The notes beneath the pieces were generated by a model. That model saw only the letters and a list, made by a program, of their open reading frames with translations. It ran no database searches and had not been told where the DNA came from. Below, in pieces: positions 49,698 to 61,444 of a stretch of 64,000 bases of DNA. Origin of the DNA: Callorhinchus milii. Its lineage: Eukaryota. Every line of letters begins with the position of its first letter. The stretch's first letter is position 1. Where the stretch lies: positions 31,746,001 to 31,810,000 of the forward strand of contig NW_024704743.1 of assembly GCF_018977255.1 (NCBI RefSeq), in the 5' to 3' direction. Made by a program: the position numbers and the translations under genes.

Positions 49698-50894
49698 TGG
49701 TAGACTAATTTTACAAATAGATTATAACGAAAGACTACAATGGGGTGGAAGAATCATGAGAAGTTTGGTTGTTCTTTGGCCAATCGAATCATATTGTTCC
49801 AGAATACCACCTTTCTGTCTTCCTATTGCTGCATCAAACAGTTTCTTAAATGAGTCAAGCAACCTGTGTTTATGTGTCTATAAATCTGTGCCCACTTAGT
49901 TTGCTGTATTGGCATATCTCAAAGAGCTATTCTGAGTTTACTTTTTCAATGCAATTTATATTCTTGTAGAGTTCTATAATTAAATCAAAGAGACCACTGA
50001 GCTTTCTTCATCTGATCCTCTCTTGCAATCTCTTGTGATCTGATGCTAAATCACATGCATGCTCCCAATGATCATTTATAGCTTTGTACTTGCTGCAATA
50101 CAGCCCAGCAACTGACACCCAAAAAGCTAGGTATGGTGACTTAACCCAATAATACTGGACTTTCTCTCCAGTCATTAACTGCAATATGTTTTCTCTCATT
50201 AATCTTCCTAACAGGAATCCTTTATTAAAACAAACTGCGAAGAATTATCATTAACTTTAATCTGTTTGTTGTGAATATTTCTGTCTGAATAGTGAGCACT
50301 GATGACACTACTGGGGCTATTACTTTGGAGGAGTTACTTAGTCCATCAATGTGCAGTGCTGAAGCTGAAGTACCTGAGTTAATGATTCACTTAATGAGTT
50401 ATCTCAATTGCAGTCTCACACACTGTCCGGCTCAGTAACTCGACTTATACTGGGACACCAGAGCCCTCAAATGCATTGGAAAATGGGAGAAAAATAAGCA
50501 ACGTTGAAACTAACTTGGAAGAGCTTGATTTTAAAGTGATCCCGAAGGTAAGCCTTGACTTTAAAACTGGCAATGCTCTCAGTTGAGTACGTTTGAAATA
50601 TTGAATGAGGTTCATGGAGAATGGATGGATTTTCTGACAGAATGTTCTTCATTCTGCCCTGGTGTTCATACTCCTCACTGAGGCAAGACATGTGTTCACT
50701 GCCTGTGATTCCCCAAATACTCCTTCCCATTCTCAGCTACAACTTGGAATAACAAAGTGCAGTGAGTACAAATGTCCACTTAAAGTTTCGAAAATAAATA
50801 AAGCATTTTCTCCATCAAAGTAAGGAGTGCAGAAAAAGATATCAACAATGGCACCGTCAACCAACTAACAGATAAGGGTTTTCTGGCTTATAAT

Positions 50895-51245
50895 GTCACA
50901 AGGTTGGTCTGGATGAAGAAGGCCCTTCGGCCCATCCAATCTCATCCCTCCAGAATACCCACCCTACTATCCCCATCACTGTGTCAAGCAGTTTTTTAAT
51001 GAGTCCAGTGACCTGGCCTTTACCACGTTTCCTGGCAACCTGTTCCAGTCATTGACTACCCTCTGAGCAAAGAAATACTTCCTGGTATCTGTCCTGAAAT
51101 TGCCATTGAAATACTAATCCTGTGTCCACTTTTCTACTGTCTCGATATCCTAAAGTATTGTTCTGGGTTTACTTTTTCAATCCCATTTAACATTTTAAAC
51201 ACCTCTATTTGGTCCCCTCTGAGTCACCTTCTCTCAAGGCTAACA
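50895..51245 (-). mobile_element. Old CR1 3' fragment (paralogues at about 49760-50000 and 55277-55545)
   Basis: ggcccttcggcccatcc..ttccagtcattgactaccctctgagcaaagaaatacttcc..cacctctatttggtcccctct. Confidence 0.72.
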
Positions 51246-51371
51246 GTTAATTATACAGGATTTTTCAAAGATTTCTTCACCTTCCCCCACCGTTATCACG
51301 CAGACTTTAACTTGACTTGGAGACAAACCTGACCAGGGGGAGGGAGGAGCTGGTGGCCGGATTCTAAAGAG

Positions 51372-51562
51372 TAATAATAATAATCCTTACATTTGATATA
51401 GTGCTTTTTACATTTGGGGGACATCTCAAACCACTTAACAGAATGTACTTTAAAGTGCAGTGACTATTTTGCTGTGGAAACAGGGCAGCCGTTTGCACAC
51501 GTCATTGTACCACAAAATCATTAAGTGAAAAACTAGTTTTTATTTGGGGGATTGTTGGCCAT
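51372..51562 (-). mobile_element. Old SINE 3' half
   Basis: taataataataatccttacatttgatatagtgc..tatttgggggattgttggcca. Confidence 0.75.
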
Positions 51563-53614
51563 TCAGCAGGAGAGGGGGTTGGGCAAGATCTGGATTTGGT
51601 CTGTTTCGCAGAGAACAATTTTACAGCGATGCAACAGAAAAATGACAAAGTCATGTTAGCAGTGATTCTTCCACGTAGCTTCTTTATTTAATAGCATTCG
51701 TTCAAACCCTTCCTGTCTCCTTCGCAGTTTAGGTTTCCATTCAGCGTTTTGAAACATCCTCCCTATGTGAAACACGCTATATAAGGGCAAACTGCTGTAG
51801 TTGTTATCCACCTGCAGCTCTCAATATACATTGGTCAATAATTCTTGTGACCCAAGCATACTGCAGGTACAAGAATTCTCTAACCACTAGAAAGGGAGAA
51901 CAGGCTTATCCCGAGGTCAGCAGATCTCAGTCAAGTGGCCTCAGTGTTCTTTGCACAAGGAAGGAGAAACATTGTCTGTGTTCCTGCTCTAATCTCAGTC
52001 CTTCAAAATTAGTGTCTCTTTCTGGAGCAGAGTGCAAAGTCTACCACCATCACACTGAAAAAACACAAAGAAAGTTGTTAATTGAGCAATATTACAGAGT
52101 GCCATTTGTCAGTCATATAGAGTGGTGAAATATAGATCAGTCTGAAAAATAAACTGCCAAATGAAACTAATCTGTTTAGATGGGATTGCAACCTGTATCA
52201 TTTTTGAAGAACGTAAAACTGACTCCATACATTTCCCTGCTGTTAGTAGTTCTGTATTTGATTAGGTTTATACACAATATCTAGTTTTTACAGCATTTTA
52301 AAGCTGAAAATGTTTCAGACGGGGATGTTCAGTCATCCAGCATCAAGCAAAATCTTCTCAAGAGCAATCCATCATTCCCCTCCTAGTTACATTAAAGTAA
52401 CTTGGCTAAAGTTGTCAGTGGGAGACCGGAGAGCAAAGTTCTTTATGAGTTGCCAAAAACCTCCCGAGCTACATAGCATGAAAAACCATCTCAAACCGCC
52501 CCCACATAGGTGTACTATGGAGAATGCAGCCTGCAATCTGAATTTAAAGTGGCCCTATTAGAGGGTGATCCTGAGAAATAATAGAGGCAGTTGGTATGGA
52601 TGTCTTATTTTGGTTGCTATGCTCTGTGAGGTGCTGATAAAATATTGCAGCTTACATTGCCATCTTTGTTCAAGAGGGTAGACCTTGGGATCCATTCACA
52701 AAATATCAAATTGACTCGAATAAAGCACAGATCAGCTTACCACAGCAGCTGCAGGGGCTGTGTTAGCTGTACGCAGAACCTGACAGCACTCCCTGGATGG
52801 GGCTCCAGGTATGCAGGTTTCTGCAACTGATTCGGTAAGGATGGCAGGTCAGTTTACACCCAGATACATTTGGTCTTTCCTTGCTTGCTATTGCCATCTT
52901 CTGACCTTTTCTGGTGAAATTGTTTTGCATATTTTTGTTGGGTGTTTAGTGCTGCCATAACCTCTGGTGACCCTGAGCTTCTCTTTCAAGTGACACAGTC
53001 CTATGGTTTATGGGCAGCACCACACCACTCAGAGGGAGATTGTGTTACCAACTGTACATCTAGTGACATCTCAAACAATTATACCAATTTGGGCCATCAC
53101 CTTGGGAACAGTAAGCAGATTTTCTCTGGGGTTGAGCTGGCTCACAGGGAAGTTCTCAAGAAGGAATAGAGGAAGGGAATTGACTCTCTGTAGTGGGCTT
53201 TGTGCCAGGCAGGTGCTCCATTACTGTTGTGATTGTGCTGCTTCCTGGCTTTAGTGCACATGTAGATATGTCACTGGGGCCGATAGGATTGTTCCTACTT
53301 GGCTCATGATAAATCCTGTAAGCCATTACCCATGTCCCAGCTGGACAAGCAGTGAAAAGAGTATCAATGGTGATGGGCTGCCTTCACTGATTTTCAGCAA
53401 TACCTCAATGTAAACTTAGGGGTCGCTTCAGGTTTCTGCCAGCTCACACCTGTGTTCTCTCGGCGTAGACAAAGTGGCGTCTGTCTCCCTAAGGGAATAT
53501 GGCAAACAGAAACTGTTTTTTTTAGTTCTCAGCAGCTGGAACTGGAGCTGAAGCCTCGCAACCACGGCAAGGAGTTTATAAAAAATAATCGGTCCATATG
53601 ATATCGAAAGGTGT

Positions 53615-54010
53615 AAACTTGGCTTCGTTGGTAACACTCTCGCTTCTGAGTCGGTGAGTTGTGGGTTCGAGACTTGAAATTAGTCTGGGCTGACACTCTG
53701 CTAAAGTACTGGGAGAACACTCCATTATGGGAGGTGCCGTCTTTTGGGATGAAATTAAACCCAGGCCCCATCTGCCTGTTCAGGAGGAAGCTAAAGATCT
53801 CATGGCACAACTTGGGGAAAAAAAGGGAGTTTCTCCTGGTGTCCTGACTAACAAATCCCCCCAAATAAAATTGACCATTCACTTCATGGCTGTTTGTGGG
53901 ACATTGCTGTGCTACAGTAACTACACTTGACAGTAAATCCTATGAAGGGTTTTGAGACTTCCTCCTCACGTGAAAGCGGCTACATCAAATCCAAGGATTA
54001 TTATTATTAT
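53615..54010 (+). mobile_element. Near full-length Deu-domain (SacSINE1-like) SINE
   Basis: Head cttggct..ggtaacactctcgcttctgagtc..gggttcga; core ggaggtgccgtcttttgggatgaaattaaacc..aaagatctcatggcac..ggtgtcctg; shared 3' half and (TTA)n. Confidence 0.82.
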
Positions 54011-54864
54011 TTCTGTGCAAAGCTCTGAAAATGATCCTGGTTTCAGTATGAACACAGTGTCGCTGCAATACTGACCACCATCTTCCTCTCTGTTTATCAG
54101 GATTTATGTTGAATGATTTACTGAATCATCCAGCCACTGCCTTCACATTCAAAAACTGGTTAATTATTAAAATGAGATTGAATATACTTGGCAAAAATGT
54201 CATTTCGTGATAATGTACCTCCATCCAAATAGAGGCAATGAAGTACTGGTACAGCAGCTAATTAATTATTAAATTCATTAATTTTCTTCTCTGAATTATT
54301 TTTTTCTTGCCAACAGCCAGAATTGTTCAGCTCTTGGACAAACCCCAGATGCCACAAAATTCCCTCTCTTAGTTTACCAGCCAGCAGAGTACTTGAATGA
54401 TGCAGAGACACTCCTCCACTGACTCACTGCTATCCTACCTGCAGGTGGCTCACTGCAAAGTCAATCGTAAGTAACTGATTCACGTTGCAGGGAATTCCTG
54501 CTGATGTAAAACAAAGTGGCATCTGCTAGTGTTTTTTGGGGATCACCCAGTACAAGATACAGCTAGGAGAGATGATCTGTAAATTTGAGTTAAAATCTAA
54601 TCGATTGAAAGATTTATTGGCTATATTTGCAAAATGCAACACTTTAAGTTTTCTTTAATGCATTCTGATTAGGGCAAAAAATATTAACACCTGGGAAACA
54701 TCTGTGAAGGTATCATGCATATGGAGGTTGGGTGTGATGGAAGTCAGCTGCAGTGCAATGCTTGCTCTGTTTTCCAACCTGTGGATCTCAACCTTGGCAT
54801 CCATTCACAAAATATCAACTTGACTCAAATAAAGCACAGAGCAGCTTACATCTAGCTCTAGAAG

Positions 54865-55273
54865 TATACAGTCAAATCACTTCAAAGTATATCCTTTAAA
54901 GTATGTGTTTGAGATACCTTGACAATGTGATAAGGCGTCTTATCAGAAAATCACAAGATTAATAATAATAATAATCCTTACTTTTGATATAGCACTTTTC
55001 ACATCTTCTCAACGTCTCAAAGCGCTTCACAGAATAAATTGCAAAGTGAATTGACCGTATATTTATGGGTGAAACGCAGCAGCCAATTGCACATTGTCCC
55101 ACAAACAGTCGTGGACCGAAAAATGACCAATTTATTATTGCTTTTTGTTTTTGGAAGGATTATTATTAGGTGTGTGGAGTCAGGAAATTTGCCCAAGGTT
55201 TCGCCCTGCCTGGAATGGAACCCAGGTGTCTCGCTTGCAAGGCGAGTGCTCTAACCACTGAGCTACAGAACTC
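54865..55273. mobile_element. Old SINE tail (+, 54865-54960) tail-to-tail with a full-length tRNA-derived SINE (-, 54961-55273)
   Basis: tatacagtcaaatcactt..aaggcgtcttatcag; aataataataataatcc..ctaaccactgagctacagaactc. Confidence 0.88.
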
Positions 55274-57979
55274 TACAAGATTTGTCTGGATGAAAGCCCC
55301 TCGGCCCATCTGATTTCATCCCCACCTGAACACGCACACTGCATCTAGCTGCTTTTTAAATGAGTCCAGTGTCCAGTCCTCTGCCACCTTTCCTGGCACC
55401 TATTCCAGTTGTTGATTACTCTCTAAGTAAAGAAAAACTTCCTGGCATCTATCCTGAAATTACCCTTTACAATTCTAAACCTATGTCTTCTTGTTCTACA
55501 ATCGTGATATATCCTAAAGTATTGATCTGGTTTACTTTTATCAAATGCAATTGTACTATTCCTGCGGAAATTGGCTAACTTAGCGCATATCGGGGTATAA
55601 CCCTGGTCTTTGTGACTTAGCATCACAGTGGCAGTCACGTTATCAAATGAGCCAACTAAGGAACCAGTATATATATATGTACAATTTTTTATGCAAAGAC
55701 AAGCCACAACAGTGATTAAATATTGCATGTAAATCTCCTCATGAGGTTAGTCAGCTAATACATAACAAGGTGAAAACTGCAGGGGATTAGAGTTTAATAC
55801 ACAGGTACCCACTGAACCATTACCTTGCTGCATTTAGAGGAATCCAATGAAGTTAGTACAACAGATGTTTTAAGAGTTAAAAATCATTTTTTAATAAGAT
55901 CACATAACACAAAAGAACTCCCACACACATAGCTATTCTGTGAGAGCAATGTCATCTTGATAGCCCAGTGTTCCTTACACAAGCCATAACAGCAAAGAGG
56001 AGGAGGAAGTGGTTTGTTTGAAGGTTTTAATAAACCGTGTTTGACAATAGGACCATATCTGGACATCAATCAAAGGTTCAAAGTAATGAAATGCTCAAAA
56101 TCAGTCACTGTCAGTCTGGTGATAGCTGTATTCTCCTTGCTTCTCCTAAAGCTTTTCTCAAAACTAATGGGACAATTTCTTTTCTATTGACTGTCAGTAG
56201 TTAAATTATTTGATAAGCCATAACAGGATAAGTCACAAATTTCCTCTAAGCGGCCCAAACTGCTTGAAGTATGGAGAATTTGGGTCAATTAGGAATAGGC
56301 AGTGCAAGACTCTCACAATGAGCAGTTAACAAGGTTTTGGGTTAGAAACAACATGGTTGCCAAAACAATATCTTAACCAATGTCCTGGTAACCAGTACTA
56401 GCTATTACAATACAAAACAAAATACAAAATTACATTTGCATAGATCCTTTCACATCATGCGGAAATTAATTATCCTCTGCATAAAGAAACACTTCCTGGC
56501 GTCTGTCTAGAAGTTGCTCTTTGCAACCATGAACTTGTGCCTTCTTGGAAGGAGGAAAATACAGAGGAAATGGATCCCAAACAAACAAGGATCACTTGTT
56601 TCATGGAGCAAACGTTTTAACCAATGTTGAGGAAGTAATGCACAGAATGGTTATGATATGGGCTCAAATAGCAATCTCATGATTCAGAAAAAGAAAAGTA
56701 TCTGCATTGGGATGTCTTGTCAACTATTCGGTGAAGATAGCAAGTAGAGAAGAGGTTCCTCTACTTCCGTAAAAGATGCAACGTTAAATTATTCCCTCAG
56801 CCAGGACTTGCTTTTGGCTGGACCTCAGCTGTCAATTACTGTCAATGGTAGTAGCATCACCATGTCTTGAGATATAGCCAGTTACCTTGATAATCATGTG
56901 GAGTATAAACACTGGCATGGACTAGTTGGGCTGAATAACTTGTTTCTACGCTGTACAATCTATGTAAATACCTGTACTTCCCATTCCACATGGATTGTAG
57001 ATATTTTCCACTTAGAATCTTGCATCTTTGAATTTCTTTTTCAATCTTAGTTTCAGTTGTTTGCCATCTCATCACTGTACAAGTTTCCATTCTTTTCTGG
57101 AGAACATTTTCCCTTGTGTGTAACATGTTTATATGATTCTTTAAAAGTCCAGCTCTTTAATCCAGTTGTCTGTGAATCTGTCTCCACGATCATTTTACTC
57201 ATTTGGTACAGCAAGCCTCCCAGAATGAAGAAATGATTGTGTCGTCTCATAACATGTGGCAGTGATTTCCTCTGCCCACAATGCCAGCATTCATCAGCTT
57301 TGTGTTATAGTTAAACTCAAGAGATGTGATGGAGTGAAATGTGATCTCTGCATAATTTTATGTTGCATCAGCTGAATGTTGACGCCACATATTAATGCAT
57401 GTCTGATGTGTGCCAATTGCCATGACTTTTCATCCCGTCTCCCACTTTGGGGTAAAAATTCCGTTCAGCGTTACGCGGAATGATTTTGGCAACACACTAC
57501 TATAATAGGAAATAACAATAGAGGCTGACATCGCCAAAGGCGTAACCTTGAATGGAAGTTTTTCCCATTTGCCTTTAATTGAGCTATGACCATGTCAAGA
57601 TATCCAAAGCTCGTTTGTTAATTTCAAGCAATTTCATAGATTATACAGCTCCTCTATCTACATTGTTAAAGACTTCTCTAGCTTTTGTTTTAATAACTCT
57701 TCTGATATGATGTTGATAACCAAATTGGCCCAAGGGCCTTCTTTATAAAACTTAGTACTCCAAAATGGAGTTGAAAGAGCACTTGAGCACAGGTTGCATC
57801 ACTGACATCCAGCTACTGGAAAAAAGCAATGCAATGTAAACTCTGTATTTTTTATGTATTCAGCAGTGAATCCCCTATACACCCAGCTGACTGACAGAAC
57901 TTTGGCCCTGAGGAGTTGAACTCTCATAAGGTGGCAAGATGTACATGGGAATTTCTTCAAGAAGAGAAGAGAATGCATG

Positions 57980-58625
57980 AGTCTGACTCAATTGGTAGCA
58001 CTCTTGCCTCTGAGCCAAAAGGTTCTGGTGCAGTGCTGGGTCGGGTGTGGGTGCAGTGGGGAGGTTCTGCTGCTTTGTCGGGGGTTCCAACCCTCAAATG
58101 AGACTTTAAACCTTGGGCAAGTTTCCTTACTCCACACGCCTAATAATAATCCCTCCAAAAAACCCAAAACAATAATAAATTGTTAATTTTCAATCTACGA
58201 CTGTTTGTGGGACATTGCTGTGCGCAATTGGCTGCTGCGTTCGCCCACAAATATACAGTCAATTCACTTTACAGTGTGTTCTGTGAAGCGCTTTGGGACG
58301 TCCTCCCGACATGAAAAGCACTATATCAAAATGCAAGGATTATTATTATTATTAAACAGAGATCCCGACTGCATGTCCAGGTGGATGTGGAAGATCCCAT
58401 GGCACTAGTCAAAAAGAGAATGGAGTTTCTACCAGCATTCTGACCAACAATTCTCCAAATAAAATTGGTCATTCTCCATGACTGTTTGTGGGACATAGCT
58501 ATGCCCATATTGGCTGCCATGTTCACCCACAAAAATATATACAGTCACATCACTTTACGGAATATCCTGTGAAGCGTTTTGAGAAGTCTTGACAATGTGA
58601 TAAGACGCTATATCAAATGCAAATA
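57980..58625 (+). mobile_element. Deu-type SINE containing a nested 5'-truncated young SINE (58108-58352); TSD ttaaac
   Basis: ..atgagactttaaac | cttgggcaag..(TTA)n ttaaac | agagatcccgactgc..aagatcccatggcac. Confidence 0.88.
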
Positions 58626-59118
58626 TAATTGTATAAGTTTAGGTCAGAGGCACAAGTATTATTATACAGTTCCGGTTGGAAAACCTTTTTCAATCCTCTT
58701 ATTAGAAAGTTGAATGTAATACCTGTTTTGACAGGTCAGGGCTAATTGTGAAAGGTCACTTTTACCATTGACACACACGCCTGCCAGCAATTGTTTAGTT
58801 AATAGTGTGCTGTCCATCCAGTAGGGCTGTTAATGATCAATGGAGGTGGTAATCTGATTGTTTTAATGTTATTTCAAAGAAACTTTACTCACTCAAATAA
58901 GGTCAATCTTGTTTGTGTGCATCTCTCAGTGCATAATGAGGTGGAATGATTCTCTTGCACTCCATCTGACCAGACAAATACCATAAGAAATGTAGAGTTA
59001 AAGAAACAATACAAAACACAGTCAAAATTGAACAAATAACATCATCTTCAGCACAGATATTTTGGGGGTGAAAATGTAGTGTGAAATGTGATAATTATCA
59101 GCAGTAAATCAGGTGATG

Positions 59119-59420
59119 ATTATTGCATTTGATATAGCGCTTTTCACGTCGGGAGGATGTCCCAAAGCGCTTCACAGAATATACTGTAAAGTGAATTGAC
59201 TGTATATTTGTGGGCGAACGTGGCAGCCAATTGCGCACAGCATTGTCCCACAAACAGTCATGCATTGAAAATGAACAATTTATTATTGTTTTTGTTTTGG
59301 AGGGATTATTATTAGGCGTGTGGAGTAAGGAAACTTGCCCAAGGTTTCACCCTGCCTGGAATTGAACTCCGGTCTCTCACTTGAAAAGCGAGTGCTCTAA
59401 CCACTGCGCTACAGGACTCC
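59119..59420 (-). mobile_element. Full-length tRNA-derived SINE, short subfamily
   Basis: Reverse complement of the 7945 type. Confidence 0.93.
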
Positions 59421-59519
59421 ACAATTAAATTACATACCACATTTTCACCCCATTATTCCTCAATAGAAACCATCAGAAAAGAAGGAACAGAGGGAGGTGA
59501 AGCAAATTTTTGGTAGAAG

Positions 59520-59700
59520 CCGATTCGATAACAGCTTTTAAGAGAGAAGCAGATAATTATATAGGGAGGACAAGTTTGCAGGGCTATGGGGAGAGCACAG
59601 GAACTGGGATTGATTTGGATAGCTCTTTTAAAAAAGCTGGCACAGACATGATGGGCCGAATGGCCTCCTTCTGCGCTGTATAATTCTATGATTCTATGAT
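59520..59700 (+). mobile_element. CR1 3' end with (ATTCTATG)n tail
   Basis: gatgggccgaatggcctccttctgcgctgtataattctatgattctatgat; the same tail lies on - at 7640-7680. Confidence 0.8.
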
Positions 59701-60619
59701 CTCCCTCTCTCATGCATACAATAATCATTGCATTTAATATAGCATCTAAAATGTCAAAACATCTCATAGTGTTTTGCAGCTGTTAAGTGTAGCGACTGTA
59801 TTTGCAAACAAATATAGCAGCCAATTTGCAGACAACAATGTCCCGGGATAAGATCAACCCTTGGAAAGGTATCATATACTGGAACTATTTTCACTGCATA
59901 TTGTAAATGCAAATGTTTGAAATTGGTGGAATCTACAAATGGAGACATGCTACATGATAAATGATAAAATAGGGTAAATATTTCACCATAAATGCATGTA
60001 GGTTGGGAATTTTTTTTACATGTGATTCATTGTTGATGCAGGCGGCTCTGTTGTGCACAATGTTTCTCAGCTGATAGAGTACATTAATTCAATGGCGGTG
60101 CTTTTATTTTGGTGTTCTCAAGGCTTGCACACTCAATACAAGGTCCTATATCAATGACAACTAACTGCTGAACTCTCTTAAAGTCAGTTTAGATTTAGAA
60201 TGATTAACTCTGAGCAGCGCTATCAGTCTGTGTACAGACTCACTGAGGTTTTATACCTATTTGGCCCATTATTCAATACCCATTTGTCCTGCAAAGTCTC
60301 AGAGTCAGCAAGAGATTGTTTTTCGAATGTGTGTGGTATCTGGCAGAAGCACCACGTCTTATTTCTGAGAGACTAAACACTAAAAAAGACCCTTGGATTT
60401 TCACCTGTCAGCAATCATGTTGTAATTTTCCTGGCAGAGGAAAAATTCCCCCTATTGACTGCAGGCAAATTGCATAATAAAAGGACAATGGGAATGAAAG
60501 AATCGCCTTAAGAAATTGGAAAGAAATAGGAGTTAAAGACTGGAACATAAGGCTTACAGAATGAGGAATGCACTGCTGTCTCCACTTCTGCTGCCAAGAC
60601 TGCTCGTACCTCCATTATT

Positions 60620-60780
60620 ATTACAATAATTTGAATTTGATATAGCACTTTTCACATTTTCTAGACATCTCAAAGCGCTTCACAGAATATACTGTAAAGT
60701 GAATTGACTGTATATTTGTGGGCGAAACACAGCAGTGCACCGCAGTGCCCCACAAACAGTTTTGGATTGAATCTAATAAT
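60620..60780 (-). mobile_element. SINE 3' half
   Basis: tttgatatagcacttttcac..gaattgactgtatatttgtgggcgaaac. Confidence 0.85.
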
Positions 60781-61444
60781 TTAAATTGAGGTGTTGACGT
60801 AAAAATCTCATCTTCCTGTAGGAAACATGGAGTTTTAGTGAGCAATTCACTTACTTTTGCTGGATGCCTTACTCATTATCTTAATGCTTTTTTCTCAGAG
60901 TTAGGCTTGATTCAGGTGAGTTTGGGTTAGAAGTTAATGATCAACTTCATCAGGTACAGTAATAGAATTTTAAAGTGATTTTATACTTACGATTCAGTCA
61001 TTTTTNGTTCTTTCTGTTTCCTATTCAATCGGATAGAGGGTGGGAAAAGGGGAATTGTGACAGATACAGTTAGTGGGTTTAATTGGGGAAAAAACTGGGA
61101 GGGTAAGAGATTGCTCACTCATTTACTCTATCCTACCAGAATGAAGTCTTTATATATGTGTGTGTGTATGTCAGTGTTTGTTGTGATTGGGGGGAGATGT
61201 ACTTATGTCTTGAGTGTTATTTTCAGCACAAGACACTGTTTACATTACCATTTTTCTGACAAGTGCCTTTTTAAAGCCTTAGTGTAGACATGTGTCTTAT
61301 CAGGGAAAGTTTGTGATTGGAGGAAGAAAATGGAGCTTGGTGTTACATTAGAATTAATTGGAGTAAAGTCAAATAGGTAGCTTTTTCTCTAGATTCATGC
61401 CCCTCCCTTTTCTTATTTCTTCACTTGACTGCGTTGAGATTTTC

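Noticed and set aside
61006..61006. Single N base
   Set aside because: Assembly ambiguity, not biology.
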